From Acidobacteriota bacterium (GTDB lineage: Bacteria > Acidobacteriota > UBA6911 > RPQK01 > JAJDTT01), in contig OZ253580.1 of NCBI GenBank assembly GCA_965263035.1, forward strand, positions 2,368,001 to 2,432,000: 64,000 nt of DNA, written 5' to 3'. This document shows positions 30,308-39,571 of this stretch, piece after piece. Each line of letters opens with the position of its first letter. Positions within the stretch are counted from its first letter, which is position 1. The notes below the pieces were generated by a model. That model worked only from the letters and a program-made list of their open reading frames with translations. It made no database searches and was not told the origin of the DNA. Position numbers and translations under genes: made by a program.

Positions 30308-31531
30308 ATGACAAGCTACGTCATTCTGAAAGATGCCAATGCGGGACGGCGGCGAAGCTGGTTCGAAGGTCCGCAGAGCGTTGGCGGAGTGCCGTCTTAC
30401 GGTGGGATGCCGACGATGTCCGGGGACATGCCGCCCGAACCGGAAGTGAGCGTGGAAAATCTGGACCCACAAGACCTGCGGGAAGCGACGGGTGACCCAG
30501 GGATTCTGGATTTGGCGCGGACCATGCCGACACGCTTGATAGCACCGATGGCCTCGGACACAGTGGCGACGAAGGGGCCGACTTGGGGAATTCAGGCCGT
30601 CGGGGCTGACAAGAGCCCCGCCGATGGCCGAGACGTTCTGGCCTGCGTTCTGGACACCGGTATTGACGCCGATCATCCCGCCTTTGCGGGGGTGGATCTG
30701 GTACAGCAGGACTTCACCGGAACGGGCAATGGAGATGTGCAGGGCCACGGCACTCATTGTGCGGGCACGGTGTTCGGACGCGACCTAAAGGGTACGCGTA
30801 TCGGCGTGGCGCCGGGAGTGAGCCGAGCACTGATCGGGAAGGTGTTGGACGATCAGGGAGATGGCGAATCGGACAGGCTGTTCAACGCAATATTGTGGGC
30901 GTCGTCCTTGAATGCAAGGGTTCTCTCAATGTCACTCGGCTTCGATTTTCCCGGGCTGAGCATGAAGCTGGTCAAAAGAGGCTACCCGGTGGATCTGGCG
31001 ACCTCCATCGCGCTGGAGGGATACAGGGCCAATCTGCGGCTATTTGACAACCTGATGGATTTGATTGCCAGTCGGGCAGCATTCAATGGCGGCATGGTCA
31101 TCGTTGCGGCCTCGGGAAACGAGAGCAAGCGCCAGAAAAATCCGAAGTACGAGGTCAGCGCATCGGTACCGGCAGCAGCCAAGGGAATTGTATCGGTGGG
31201 AGCACTCGGGGAAGCCGGCGACGGGTTGAACGTCGCGGATTTTTCCAACACCAACCCTATGCTCAGCGCCCCCGGGGTCAATGTGGTGTCGGCGAAAGCC
31301 GGAGGCGGACTGGTAGCGCTTCAAGGGACTTCCATGGCCTGTCCCCATGCGGCCGGTGTCGCGACTCTGTGGTGGCAGAGCCTGAAGGAGGGCGCCAGCA
31401 TACCGGCAACCGCGAGCGCGGTGGTGACCCGCATGCGTGCAACCTGCCGGACCGATGTATTCCTTGCCGGCGTCGACATGCTGGACCGCGGCGACGGGCT
31501 GGTCCAGGCACCGTTCGCATCCGGTGCCTGA
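30308..31531 (+). CDS. S8 subtilisin-like serine peptidase, no signal peptide
   Basis: Catalytic triad motifs VLDTG, HGTH, GTSMA; oxyanion AASGN; RBS AGAGGAG. Confidence 0.92.
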   Translation: MTSYVILKDANAGRRRSWFEGPQSVGGVPSYGGMPTMSGDMPPEPEVSVENLDPQDLREATGDPGILDLARTMPTRLIAPMASDTVATKGPTWGIQAVGADKSPADGRDVLACVLDTGIDADHPAFAGVDLVQQDFTGTGNGDVQGHGTHCAGTVFGRDLKGTRIGVAPGVSRALIGKVLDDQGDGESDRLFNAILWASSLNARVLSMSLGFDFPGLSMKLVKRGYPVDLATSIALEGYRANLRLFDNLMDLIASRAAFNGGMVIVAASGNESKRQKNPKYEVSASVPAAAKGIVSVGALGEAGDGLNVADFSNTNPMLSAPGVNVVSAKAGGGLVALQGTSMACPHAAGVATLWWQSLKEGASIPATASAVVTRMRATCRTDVFLAGVDMLDRGDGLVQAPFASGA

Positions 31532-31691
31532 GCGTACACCCGTGTAAGCTCTGCTCCAGAGACGGGTAATCATTTAAATGATGGGTGTAAGGCCAGCCGT
31601 TACATTGAGGCTGGTGATCGTCGAGTCACGTCGTCCCGATGCGCGTCCGGCACCGCCGAATGTTAAATCGCCACCTGTTCCAGGGAATTTC

Positions 31692-31820
31692 ACGCACGAA
31701 GTAGGCGCAAATCTATTTGCGTCACGAAGCAGGGACGGTGGTTGCGAGGCGACCCGAAACCGGTCAAGTGGCGCATCATGCGCTCCAGATTGAAACCACA
31801 CAGGTGCACCAGTAATCGCT
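31692..31820 (-). pseudogene. Transposase C-terminal scrap (IS1182/IS5-like DDE)
   Basis: Minus-strand translation RLLVHLCGFNLERMMRHLTGFGSPR resembles a recalled DDE transposase C-terminal motif (KRLLVH.xGFNLGLLMR..G.GTPR); cut by MITE A copy 2. Confidence 0.5.
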
Positions 31821-31821
31821 C

Positions 31822-31988
31822 CTGGGAGCCTGCGCGGCAGAAATTGATCTACTGCGAAAGCGGTAGAATCGGTCCATATTTCCCCGATTTCTCGGCAAAT
31901 AGAACAACTATGCACCTCAATATCGAGAAAATCTGGCCTCGATTCCCCGCTTTCTCGCTACGATCATTCCTACCGCGCAGACTCCTAG
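31822..31988 (-). mobile_element. MITE family A, copy 2 (inverted)
   Basis: Reverse complement of 1981-2147 with a few substitutions. Confidence 0.85.
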
Positions 31989-32083
31989 GCGTTGGGATCG
32001 CTTCGGATCCAGACCCGGCGCGATCTTCTTCTTGCAGGCCATCAACTGGGCTAGTTCACTCGGCATGGCTTCCTCGTGAGAAG

Positions 32084-32103
32084 GGGGACTGTCACCTTTT
32101 TCC
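32084..32103 (+). repeat. 20-bp island site 3 (GGGGACTGTCACCTTTTTCC)
   Basis: 17/20 identical to sites 1 and 2, same orientation. Confidence 0.7.
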
Positions 32104-32180
32104 GCGTCCGGCAACCTCAAAAGACTGGAGAGGACGTCGATTTCCCGATCTGCGAGCTCCGGGCATTCGCATGATCGAAG

Positions 32181-32363
32181 TCAACGAGTGGGTCCTGGGC
32201 TGACTCCAATCCGATTCCCCAGACTCCCCTTGATATGGCCCATATCGATCTCTACGTTACGGAGTCTTTCATCAATTTTTTGAATTCTCTGGTCAATACT
32301 ACTGAGATACCATCCGCCCGCACCCAGCAAAAGAAGAAGTACAACCCGGAAAATCCAGTTCAC
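32181..32363 (-). CDS. Small TM + coiled-coil protein
   Basis: GTG start after GGGGGA; MNWIFRVVLLLLLGAGGWYL-SSIDQRIQKIDERLRNVEIDMGHIKGSL. Confidence 0.55.
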   Translation of the reverse strand: MNWIFRVVLLLLLGAGGWYLSSIDQRIQKIDERLRNVEIDMGHIKGSLGNRIGVSPGPTR

Positions 32364-32454
32364 ACTCAATCCCCCATTGGTTTCCCGGTGAGAAGAAAAA
32401 TGTATCTTACCTGAGTCCGGATCCTTCAGGAGTTTAGAATTCACCGCTGTCCCC

Positions 32455-32661
32455 CTACTCCCCGTTCCGCAATATTGGAGCGGCCTTGGTGATTCCTTCG
32501 AAGAGCCCCTCCAATCGCGACATCCGCTCGCGCAGGTCTGCGATGTCCTCACGAATATCCGAAATGTCACTCCGCATGGCACGTTGACCGGGAACGAGGG
32601 CGCCGGCGAGCGCAATCGTCGCCACGATGATCCCGATGATCCCGATGAGTTACGAACTCAT
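32455..32661 (-). pseudogene. Small TM + coiled-coil protein with a premature TAA at codon 4
   Basis: RBS AGGAGG; MSS*LIGIIGIIVATIALAGALVPGQRAMRSDISDIREDIADLRERMSRLEGLFEGI...; C-terminal motif shared with 28569-28823. Confidence 0.6.
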
Positions 32662-32878
32662 GAATCCTTCCTCCTACGGTTCGCCCTCATCGGGTGAAGG
32701 TATCGGCAGACTATCACGCCCATGTCTACTGGGAATACTTGGGCGGTGCCGGTCTCCCGGCCACAGTCCCGGCAGGTTTCCTTGCGGCCTGCTCCGAGTA
32801 TGGAGATCGTCCCCTCAATTGATTCGGTCCCTCTATGACTGTAACGCGTCAGCCACGGAATCTGCGTTGACTCCGGCC

Positions 32879-32912
32879 AAAAAAAAGGGCCAGCCCGAAG
32901 GCTGGCCCTTTT
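32879..32912 (-). terminator. Rho-independent terminator of the TonB-dependent receptor gene (probably bidirectional)
   Basis: AAAAAAAAGGGCCAGCC-CGAA-GGCTGGCCCTTTT: perfect GC stem with a T8 tail on the minus strand. Confidence 0.9.
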
Positions 32913-32937
32913 GAAACGCTCGATTGCGCTTGGATCG

Positions 32938-35900
32938 CTAGAACGAGAAGCGGAATCCAATCTGAATCTGCCGCGCTGTCGCTGCCGAGGTCACCCGGCC
33001 AACACCACCACTGGCATGGTTGCCGTTGGGCGCGTTGAAGACCGCGTGGTTGAAGGCGTTGAAGAAGTCCGCCCGGACGTCGAAGACCTTGTCTTCTCCG
33101 AAGGCGAAATTCTTGTGCAGCGAGAGGTCCACGATGGGAACTCCGTCGTAGCGCAGCGGATAGGGAGCACCGTTACCCAGGGACCGCCTTGCCGCTTCGT
33201 GACAGAAGTTGGCCCCGCCGCAGAGCGACGTGTCCATGATCCGCTGCCCCGGCACGTTCGGGTTCTCGATGCCAGGTGCCGTGAAGGCACTGGTGTCATA
33301 CCACCGCTCCACCGTGGCTCCGCCGCCCAAGGCCCCGTCCTTTATCCGGTCGGTGTACCGGCGTGAACGGCCGCCCTGGTTCCACAGATCGGTGCTGTAG
33401 TAGACCCGGAAGGGGGCTCCCGTAGTGAGAGTGGTGATGCTGGTGAGCTCCCAACCGCCCAGCAGGGACTTGGTGACCCCGCCGGCGTTCCGGAAGAAAG
33501 GCAGCTCCCAGATGCCGGACATGTAGTAGGTGCTGGAGCGGTCGTGCTGCATGGGCGCCCGCAGGGCGTGGCGCTCGTAGTCACGCGACCCGGACCAGTC
33601 TCCCCAGTTGCCGTTGTAGTTCATGGCCATGGCCTTGGACCAGGTGTAACCCATGGAAAGGGCGATACCGTCGCGGAAGCGCCGCTCCAACTTGGTCTGC
33701 AGGGAGTTGTAGTTCATGCTCCCGTGCGGCCGCAGCATGGTGTTGGGAATGACCTGGGGATAAGGCCGCCGGGCCAACTGCCCATTCCATTCACGACCGA
33801 CCTCGCCACGAGTCTCGGCCGGAATCCACTCGCGAGGCCCGGCAGTGATGGGGTCGCTGGTCAAGGTCGTGGTGCCGCCTCCGATCAGAGGCACGACGTA
33901 CCCTTCGGGCATGGCCACGTTGAAGGGGCTGATCTCACGAATGTGGCGCCCCTGGTTGCCCACGTAACCGATTTCCCACTTGGTCCCCTGGAACAACTCG
34001 TGCTGAATCATGAGGTTGTAGGAATAGACTTGGCCTTCCTGCCAATCCAATTCGGAGAAGTAGCAGGTGCGGTAGTTGCTGTTGACCCGAATGCCATCCG
34101 CGTTGACCGCACCCGTATCCCGGGGCAGGTCGAGCCGTATGCCGCTGATGAGGGAGGGGACTGCCTCTCCTCGTACGGCCGGCAGGTTGATGACGCCGAC
34201 GTTGGGCCGCATGACCCGGGCGCGGAGAATTCCGAACTCCTGGTCATAGGTCAGGCCCGCACCGGCGCGGAGTACCGTCCGGTTGGTCCCGAACATGCGC
34301 CAGGCCAGACCCAACCGAGGAGCAAAGTAGCGCCACTTGGCCTTGTAACAACCGTGGTGAGGCAGGTTGGCGAAGGGAACGGCGATTCCGACGGCACCCT
34401 GCCACTGGGCGATGTCGAAATCCTTGGGCATCATCTCTACCGGATCGATCCGGTTGGTGGCCTGGGTGTAGTCGTAGCTACAGTAGTAGTAGTCCTTGGT
34501 GTACGACCCGTTGGGGTGTCCCTCGTAAAAGGGCGGCCGCGGCTGCTCCCAGCGAAGGCCGATGTTCAGGGTCAGGTTCGGACCCACCTTCCAGTCGTCG
34601 TTGATGAACCAATTGTAATGGCTCTGGTTGAAGTGGCCCGTGTTCTCGCCGATGCCCAGCACGTTGCCGAAGACCGAGGAGGGCGTTCCCAGCATGAAAT
34701 CGGCCCAGCCCTCGCCCTCGGAAACGCCCGCGAAGGTTCCGTCGGGGTTGTACTGGAGTTGGCCCGTGCCGAACCCGTTGAAGCTGTCCCCACCGGCCGC
34801 ATAGGGCGGAATCCAATAGTAGTGGACATCCAGGTTCCGGACATGCTCGACGCCGAACTTCAGGTAGTGGTCTCCCTTCCTCCAGGAGGCCGTGTACTTG
34901 AAGCCCAGGCCCCAGTCCGCAAGCGGCGATTCGGTGGCGCCGCCCCAACCGGTGTAGCCGGAAGGGCTCAGGCGGGGCATGTTGGCGCCGCCGCGGTTGC
35001 CGTTGGGCAGATACACTTCCCAGTTGTGGCCGTCGTCGAAGCCCAGCTCCCGCGGCCAGTTGGTGTCCTCGATGGGCCGTGAGATGAGCCAGGTGAACTT
35101 CCAGATGGACTGGGTGTACTCGGTCACCAGGTTGGAACCGATGGGGTTCACCCAACTGATGCCGATCTGGTAGCCGCGGGACCGGTCCTGGAACTGGCGG
35201 TAGATGCCGTCCTGGTTGGCGCCGGGGACCCCCCAACGCCCGGTATGGGTAAAGGCGGGGGACCGCTGCCAACTGTAACGGCCGAAGATGGTGTCGTCGT
35301 TGCCGAACTGGTGGTCGACGCGGAACGAGTACTTGTCGATCTTGGTGTTGGTCGCCCGGGGATAGGCGTAGTTGCTGGTGAGCTCACCCGCCTGGTTGGG
35401 TGCCGGAGGGGGCATCAACTCCATCACCTTCTTGTAGACGGCCCCCTGCATGTTGGCCGGGATCTGGTTGTTGGGGAACGGAGCCCGCACGCCGGTTGCG
35501 TCTGCCTGGCTTCCGGTGAAGTCAAACGGATTGTAGAGCTGAGGGATGACCCCCTTGGCGCCCGAACCCGAGAAGTTGCCCTGGGTGATGGCCGTGGAAG
35601 GCGCGGTAGCGAAGCCGGCCGTTTGCAGGTTGTCAATGAACTTCTCGTAATGGGCGTGGAAGAAGGTCTTGTCCTTGAGGACGGGACCACCGATGGAGCC
35701 GCCGCCGATGTGGTAGTCCACTGGCAGCTTCTTCAGCCCCGACCGGTTCTGGAAGAAGTTGGCCGCATCCAGAGTCTCATCCCGGAAGTAGTACCAGGCA
35801 TGGCCGTGGAACTCGTTGCTCCCGCTCTTGGAGAGCATGGTGATGACCGCCCCGCCCACGCGGCCGTACTCGGCCGAGTAGTTGTTGGTGATGACCTTGA

Positions 35901-36585
35901 ACTCCTGCACCGTCTCCGGAGTCGGCTGCACCGTGGGCCGCTGCGTGATGTAGCCCATGTTGTTGGAGCCGTCCAACTGGATCTGGTTGGAGTGCGAATA
36001 CAGGCCGTTGAAGGTGGGATAGCCGCCGCCGTAGGCGTAGAGGGCCGTGTAGCCGACCTCCTGCCGCTCCTGGGTCCCACCCGTGGTCAGGTAGGCCAGC
36101 TTCACCATGTCGCGGCCCGCAAGAGGAAGATCCAGGATCTTCTTCTCTTCGATGACCGCCGCCACCTCGGCATTGTCGGTGTCGATGATGGTGGACTGTC
36201 CGGTGACCGTCACCTGCTCGGAGATTTCGCCGGGGGACATGGTGAGATCGATGCGGGATACCGTCTGAACCTCCAGACGGACCCCCAGGGAGCGGGCCGT
36301 CTTGAAGCCGGGCAACTCCGCCGAGATGTCATAGAAACCGGGGATCAACTTGTCGATGACGTAGTCACCGCGGTCGTTGGTCACCGCCATGTGCGGCACG
36401 TTGGTCGCCGTGGCCGTGGCCGTGACTTCCACCCCGGGCACCACCGCTCCGGTCTGGTCCTTGACGGTACCCAGCAACCGGGAAAAGGTGGCAGCCTGTC
36501 CGTAGGCCAGCGGCGCCGCAAGCGCATGAACGACGAACACCAAGGCTGCCGTCGCCAGCCATAGAGACTTGTTCTTGTAGCTCAT
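32938..36585 (-). CDS. TonB-dependent receptor, Oar-like with carboxypeptidase-regulatory-like N-terminal domain
   Basis: GTVKDQTGAVVPG, EFKVITNNYSAEYG, KSGSNEFHG, NDDWKV..LTLNIGLRWE, APRLGLAW, C-terminal RQIQIGFRFSF; RBS AGGAGG. Confidence 0.92.
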   Translation of the reverse strand: MSYKNKSLWLATAALVFVVHALAAPLAYGQAATFSRLLGTVKDQTGAVVPGVEVTATATATNVPHMAVTNDRGDYVIDKLIPGFYDISAELPGFKTARSLGVRLEVQTVSRIDLTMSPGEISEQVTVTGQSTIIDTDNAEVAAVIEEKKILDLPLAGRDMVKLAYLTTGGTQERQEVGYTALYAYGGGYPTFNGLYSHSNQIQLDGSNNMGYITQRPTVQPTPETVQEFKVITNNYSAEYGRVGGAVITMLSKSGSNEFHGHAWYYFRDETLDAANFFQNRSGLKKLPVDYHIGGGSIGGPVLKDKTFFHAHYEKFIDNLQTAGFATAPSTAITQGNFSGSGAKGVIPQLYNPFDFTGSQADATGVRAPFPNNQIPANMQGAVYKKVMELMPPPAPNQAGELTSNYAYPRATNTKIDKYSFRVDHQFGNDDTIFGRYSWQRSPAFTHTGRWGVPGANQDGIYRQFQDRSRGYQIGISWVNPIGSNLVTEYTQSIWKFTWLISRPIEDTNWPRELGFDDGHNWEVYLPNGNRGGANMPRLSPSGYTGWGGATESPLADWGLGFKYTASWRKGDHYLKFGVEHVRNLDVHYYWIPPYAAGGDSFNGFGTGQLQYNPDGTFAGVSEGEGWADFMLGTPSSVFGNVLGIGENTGHFNQSHYNWFINDDWKVGPNLTLNIGLRWEQPRPPFYEGHPNGSYTKDYYYCSYDYTQATNRIDPVEMMPKDFDIAQWQGAVGIAVPFANLPHHGCYKAKWRYFAPRLGLAWRMFGTNRTVLRAGAGLTYDQEFGILRARVMRPNVGVINLPAVRGEAVPSLISGIRLDLPRDTGAVNADGIRVNSNYRTCYFSELDWQEGQVYSYNLMIQHELFQGTKWEIGYVGNQGRHIREISPFNVAMPEGYVVPLIGGGTTTLTSDPITAGPREWIPAETRGEVGREWNGQLARRPYPQVIPNTMLRPHGSMNYNSLQTKLERRFRDGIALSMGYTWSKAMAMNYNGNWGDWSGSRDYERHALRAPMQHDRSSTYYMSGIWELPFFRNAGGVTKSLLGGWELTSITTLTTGAPFRVYYSTDLWNQGGRSRRYTDRIKDGALGGGATVERWYDTSAFTAPGIENPNVPGQRIMDTSLCGGANFCHEAARRSLGNGAPYPLRYDGVPIVDLSLHKNFAFGEDKVFDVRADFFNAFNHAVFNAPNGNHASGGVGRVTSAATARQIQIGFRFSF

Positions 36586-37055
36586 TCCGTCTTTCCTCCT
36601 GAAAGCTAGCAAGCCTAAAACTTTCCGGCCAATTTGGCCGTCCTTACAATTAAGGAACAAATATTCCGCGTCAATACGTCCGGGCACTTGTAGCCGATCC
36701 GTTTCGGCGCGTCAACAAAAAATTTTTGCCCTGGCCCGGGAACTAGGCCCCTGGCGATGGGCTGAATCCGCTCCACGGACTCGCCGTCAGGCTAAGCATG
36801 TTAGGTGCCAATACCCGGAAATCACTGGTTAACATATTGAAGTAATGATACTTAGACCCTATTCATGGCATCCAGATCAACTCCAAAACTCCAATGATTT
36901 GGACTGATGCAAGGGCCGCCAGCCAAAAAACTGAACCCTAGCCGGCCGAGGCGGACGAGGCCTGAACACTCGGGGCAACGATTCAGCACCCCCTCGAGAC
37001 ATCCCTACCCAAAGTCGTGCCGACGGCTCCCCTCTCACTCCTCGCTCCTCACTCG

Positions 37056-39470
37056 TCACTCCTCATCTTCGACGTAGGCGCGGCGTCGACCGTACAGGTC
37101 CAGCCGCTCCTGCAACAAGCGGCCCAAAGGGTTTCCGGGATGGGCGGCGACCAGCCGGATCGCCTTGCGGGCCGCGGCGACGGCTTGATCGAAGTCCCCC
37201 GCGGCGGCATAGGCTGCCGCCAGGACGTCCAGCATCCGCGGATCCTGCTCCCGTGTCATCCGGACCGCCCTGCGGCCGAGTTGGATCGCCTCGTGCGGGC
37301 GCCGCCTGGAAGGCTCGGGGTGAGTCGCCAGGATCCAGGCCAGGGCGGCCTGGGGAGCGGGCCATCCCGGCTGGCGGCGGATCGCCTCCTCCAAGTAGCG
37401 ACCGGCCTCGTCGAAGCGACCGGCCATCCGGAGAGCCAGACCCAGGTTGCCCAGCACCTCCACCGAGTCCGGCTTCAACTCCACCGCCTTGCGAAAATGC
37501 GCCAAGGCCTCTTCCATGCGGCCTCCTGCCGCCAACAGGTTCCCCAGGTTGTTCCGGGCGTCGAAGCTGTTCGGATCGAGCCGCAGGGCACTTTGGAACT
37601 GCTCGACCGCTTCCGGCATTCGGTTCCGGGCGGCCAGAGCGCGCCCGAGGCCGGTGTGGAGCTCCACCGACGCCGGTCCCTTCTCCAAGGCCCGGCGGAA
37701 GTGGGTCGCCGCCTCCTTGAAGTTCCCCTGTTCCGCCAGGGCGGCGGCCAGGTTCCGGTGCGTCTCCATGGCATCGGGGTCGATCCGGAGCGCCTGCCGG
37801 AAATGCCGGATCGCCTCCACGCGGCGCCCGGTGGACTGGAGGGCCACAGCCAGATTGTTGTGCGCCCGGGCCTGCCGCGGCTTCAGGTCCAGCGTCTTCC
37901 GGTACCAGGTCACGGCCTCGCCGGGCCGTTTCATCTGGTCGAGGGCATGACCCAGGTTGAAGTAGTAGGCCCAGAACCGGGGACTGAGGCGGATGGCCTC
38001 CTGCCACTCGCCGACGGCCTTGGACAATTCTCCCAGCCGGATGTAGCGATGGGCCAGCGTGTCACGGAAACCCGGGTCCTCGGGATGGTCCCGAACCAGC
38101 TTCTCGTAGCCCTCCACGTCGGCCAGCAGCTCCCGATGGGCGTGGTCGCGGACCAGTTGTTCCAGTCCCTTCCCGTCGGTGGCCAGGACCTGCAGCCAGA
38201 GGTCTCCCATCTCGTCCGAAGATTGGGGTCCGTAGACGACTCTCCGGGGCGGACTGTGTGGATTCCGCAGGTTGTCCGCCGAGTTGTCGTAGGTGTACTC
38301 CATTTCCAGAGTGGTGCCGGCCGGCAACGAGATGGGGGAAGAGTAGCGGTACTCGTCCTGCCAGTTGAAATCCCAGTCCTGGATATGGACCAGCCACCGG
38401 AGACGCCCGTCGGGCAGCCTCGCCGTGCCCTTCATCTCCCGGGCCAGATAGTGGGCATGAGGATAGACGCTCAGGAGCCGGGCATCCACGGGGAGGCGAT
38501 AGGCGTCGCGGATCGTATAGTTGGCGTCCCCGGCCTCGATGTCGATCACCTTGGAGCCCAGACGGAGCATGTAGGGCGTCTTGGTCGGCGGTTTCCGGGC
38601 GAAGAAAAGCCCCAGAGAGGACTGAATCGGCTCGGGCTTGCCCGTGGGCAGCATATGGAGCTGAAACACCACGTCGGTGCCGGGGTCGAGGCGCCAGGCC
38701 ATGTCGGCGGACCTCAGAAAGGGACCTTTGCCCGGCGTCCAACCCTCGAAGTGGCCGCCGGGACTGGTGGCCTGATTGTAGAGCATGCCATCGTATCCCG
38801 GCTCCGGATCCTTGGCCTCGTGAGCGCGGGAGGTCCCGGTGGAGTCCACCAGGATCACGACGTGGTGGACGATGGGGGCGTTGCCCGGCCGAAACTCAAC
38901 GCCTCTCACGTAACGGGTGCGGTCGACGGGACTGGGGATCACGAAGTTTCGGACCACGTCGGGACCGTCGGCCGGGAGGGTGTAGACCTGCGGCATCCGG
39001 ATGACCAGGTCGGGCTCGCCCAGTTGCCAGCCCTGGGGCCACTCGGGGGGAGCGGGAAGGTCCGTCGGGTCTCCTTCCAGCAGCTCTCCTCGCAGCCAAT
39101 TCTGGAGCAGGTCCAGTTCCCGGACGGTGAGCCGCCGGTTCCCGACGAAGCGGCCCTTTCCCGTCTCGGGCAGCCAGGGCGGCATGTAGCGGGTGCCCGT
39201 GACGACCTCGATCTGGCTCGCCCGCGTCTTCACCTCCTCATAGGTCAGGAGGCTGAAGGGGGCCACCTGCCCGGGCCGGTGGCAGGGTGCACAGCGCTTG
39301 TAGACGATGGGGGCGACGTCCCGGTTGAAGGTGACGGGTCCGGCGGGCACCTGGGTTGTTTCGGGGGGACTGCAGGCCGGTGAGACGGCCGTCAGGATCA
39401 ACCCGGCCAGTAGAGCCGGGAGCCGGGTGGATTCTGGATGTCGTCCAGGACGGGGAAGCCGCATATCCAT
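37056..39470 (-). CDS. Lipoprotein with c-type heme + copper type II monooxygenase-like domain + TPR repeats
   Basis: SPAC lipobox; CAPCH; IVHHV; PHAHYLA; WDFNWQ; DEMG; about 9 TPRs. Confidence 0.75.
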   Translation of the reverse strand: MDMRLPRPGRHPESTRLPALLAGLILTAVSPACSPPETTQVPAGPVTFNRDVAPIVYKRCAPCHRPGQVAPFSLLTYEEVKTRASQIEVVTGTRYMPPWLPETGKGRFVGNRRLTVRELDLLQNWLRGELLEGDPTDLPAPPEWPQGWQLGEPDLVIRMPQVYTLPADGPDVVRNFVIPSPVDRTRYVRGVEFRPGNAPIVHHVVILVDSTGTSRAHEAKDPEPGYDGMLYNQATSPGGHFEGWTPGKGPFLRSADMAWRLDPGTDVVFQLHMLPTGKPEPIQSSLGLFFARKPPTKTPYMLRLGSKVIDIEAGDANYTIRDAYRLPVDARLLSVYPHAHYLAREMKGTARLPDGRLRWLVHIQDWDFNWQDEYRYSSPISLPAGTTLEMEYTYDNSADNLRNPHSPPRRVVYGPQSSDEMGDLWLQVLATDGKGLEQLVRDHAHRELLADVEGYEKLVRDHPEDPGFRDTLAHRYIRLGELSKAVGEWQEAIRLSPRFWAYYFNLGHALDQMKRPGEAVTWYRKTLDLKPRQARAHNNLAVALQSTGRRVEAIRHFRQALRIDPDAMETHRNLAAALAEQGNFKEAATHFRRALEKGPASVELHTGLGRALAARNRMPEAVEQFQSALRLDPNSFDARNNLGNLLAAGGRMEEALAHFRKAVELKPDSVEVLGNLGLALRMAGRFDEAGRYLEEAIRRQPGWPAPQAALAWILATHPEPSRRRPHEAIQLGRRAVRMTREQDPRMLDVLAAAYAAAGDFDQAVAAARKAIRLVAAHPGNPLGRLLQERLDLYGRRRAYVEDEE

Positions 39471-39571
39471 GGGTCAGTTTACTATCAGGCTGCCGCGGCT
39501 TTCACGAGACTTGCAAGGGGGGGGACTTCCAGCCCCCGTAACACCCCGGAAGCGGCGACTCGAAGTTGCCG

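Noticed and set aside
29617-32103. Classical integron attC sites or CRISPR repeats
   Set aside because: No RYYYAAC/GTTRRRY core pairs were seen around the cargo, no intI is present, and spacing (622 and 1845 bp) is far too long for CRISPR.
36590-37020. ncRNA or dif-like site in the AT-rich region upstream of the TonB-dependent receptor
   Set aside because: AT-rich with weak dyads but no convincing consensus; most simply the promoter/regulatory region.
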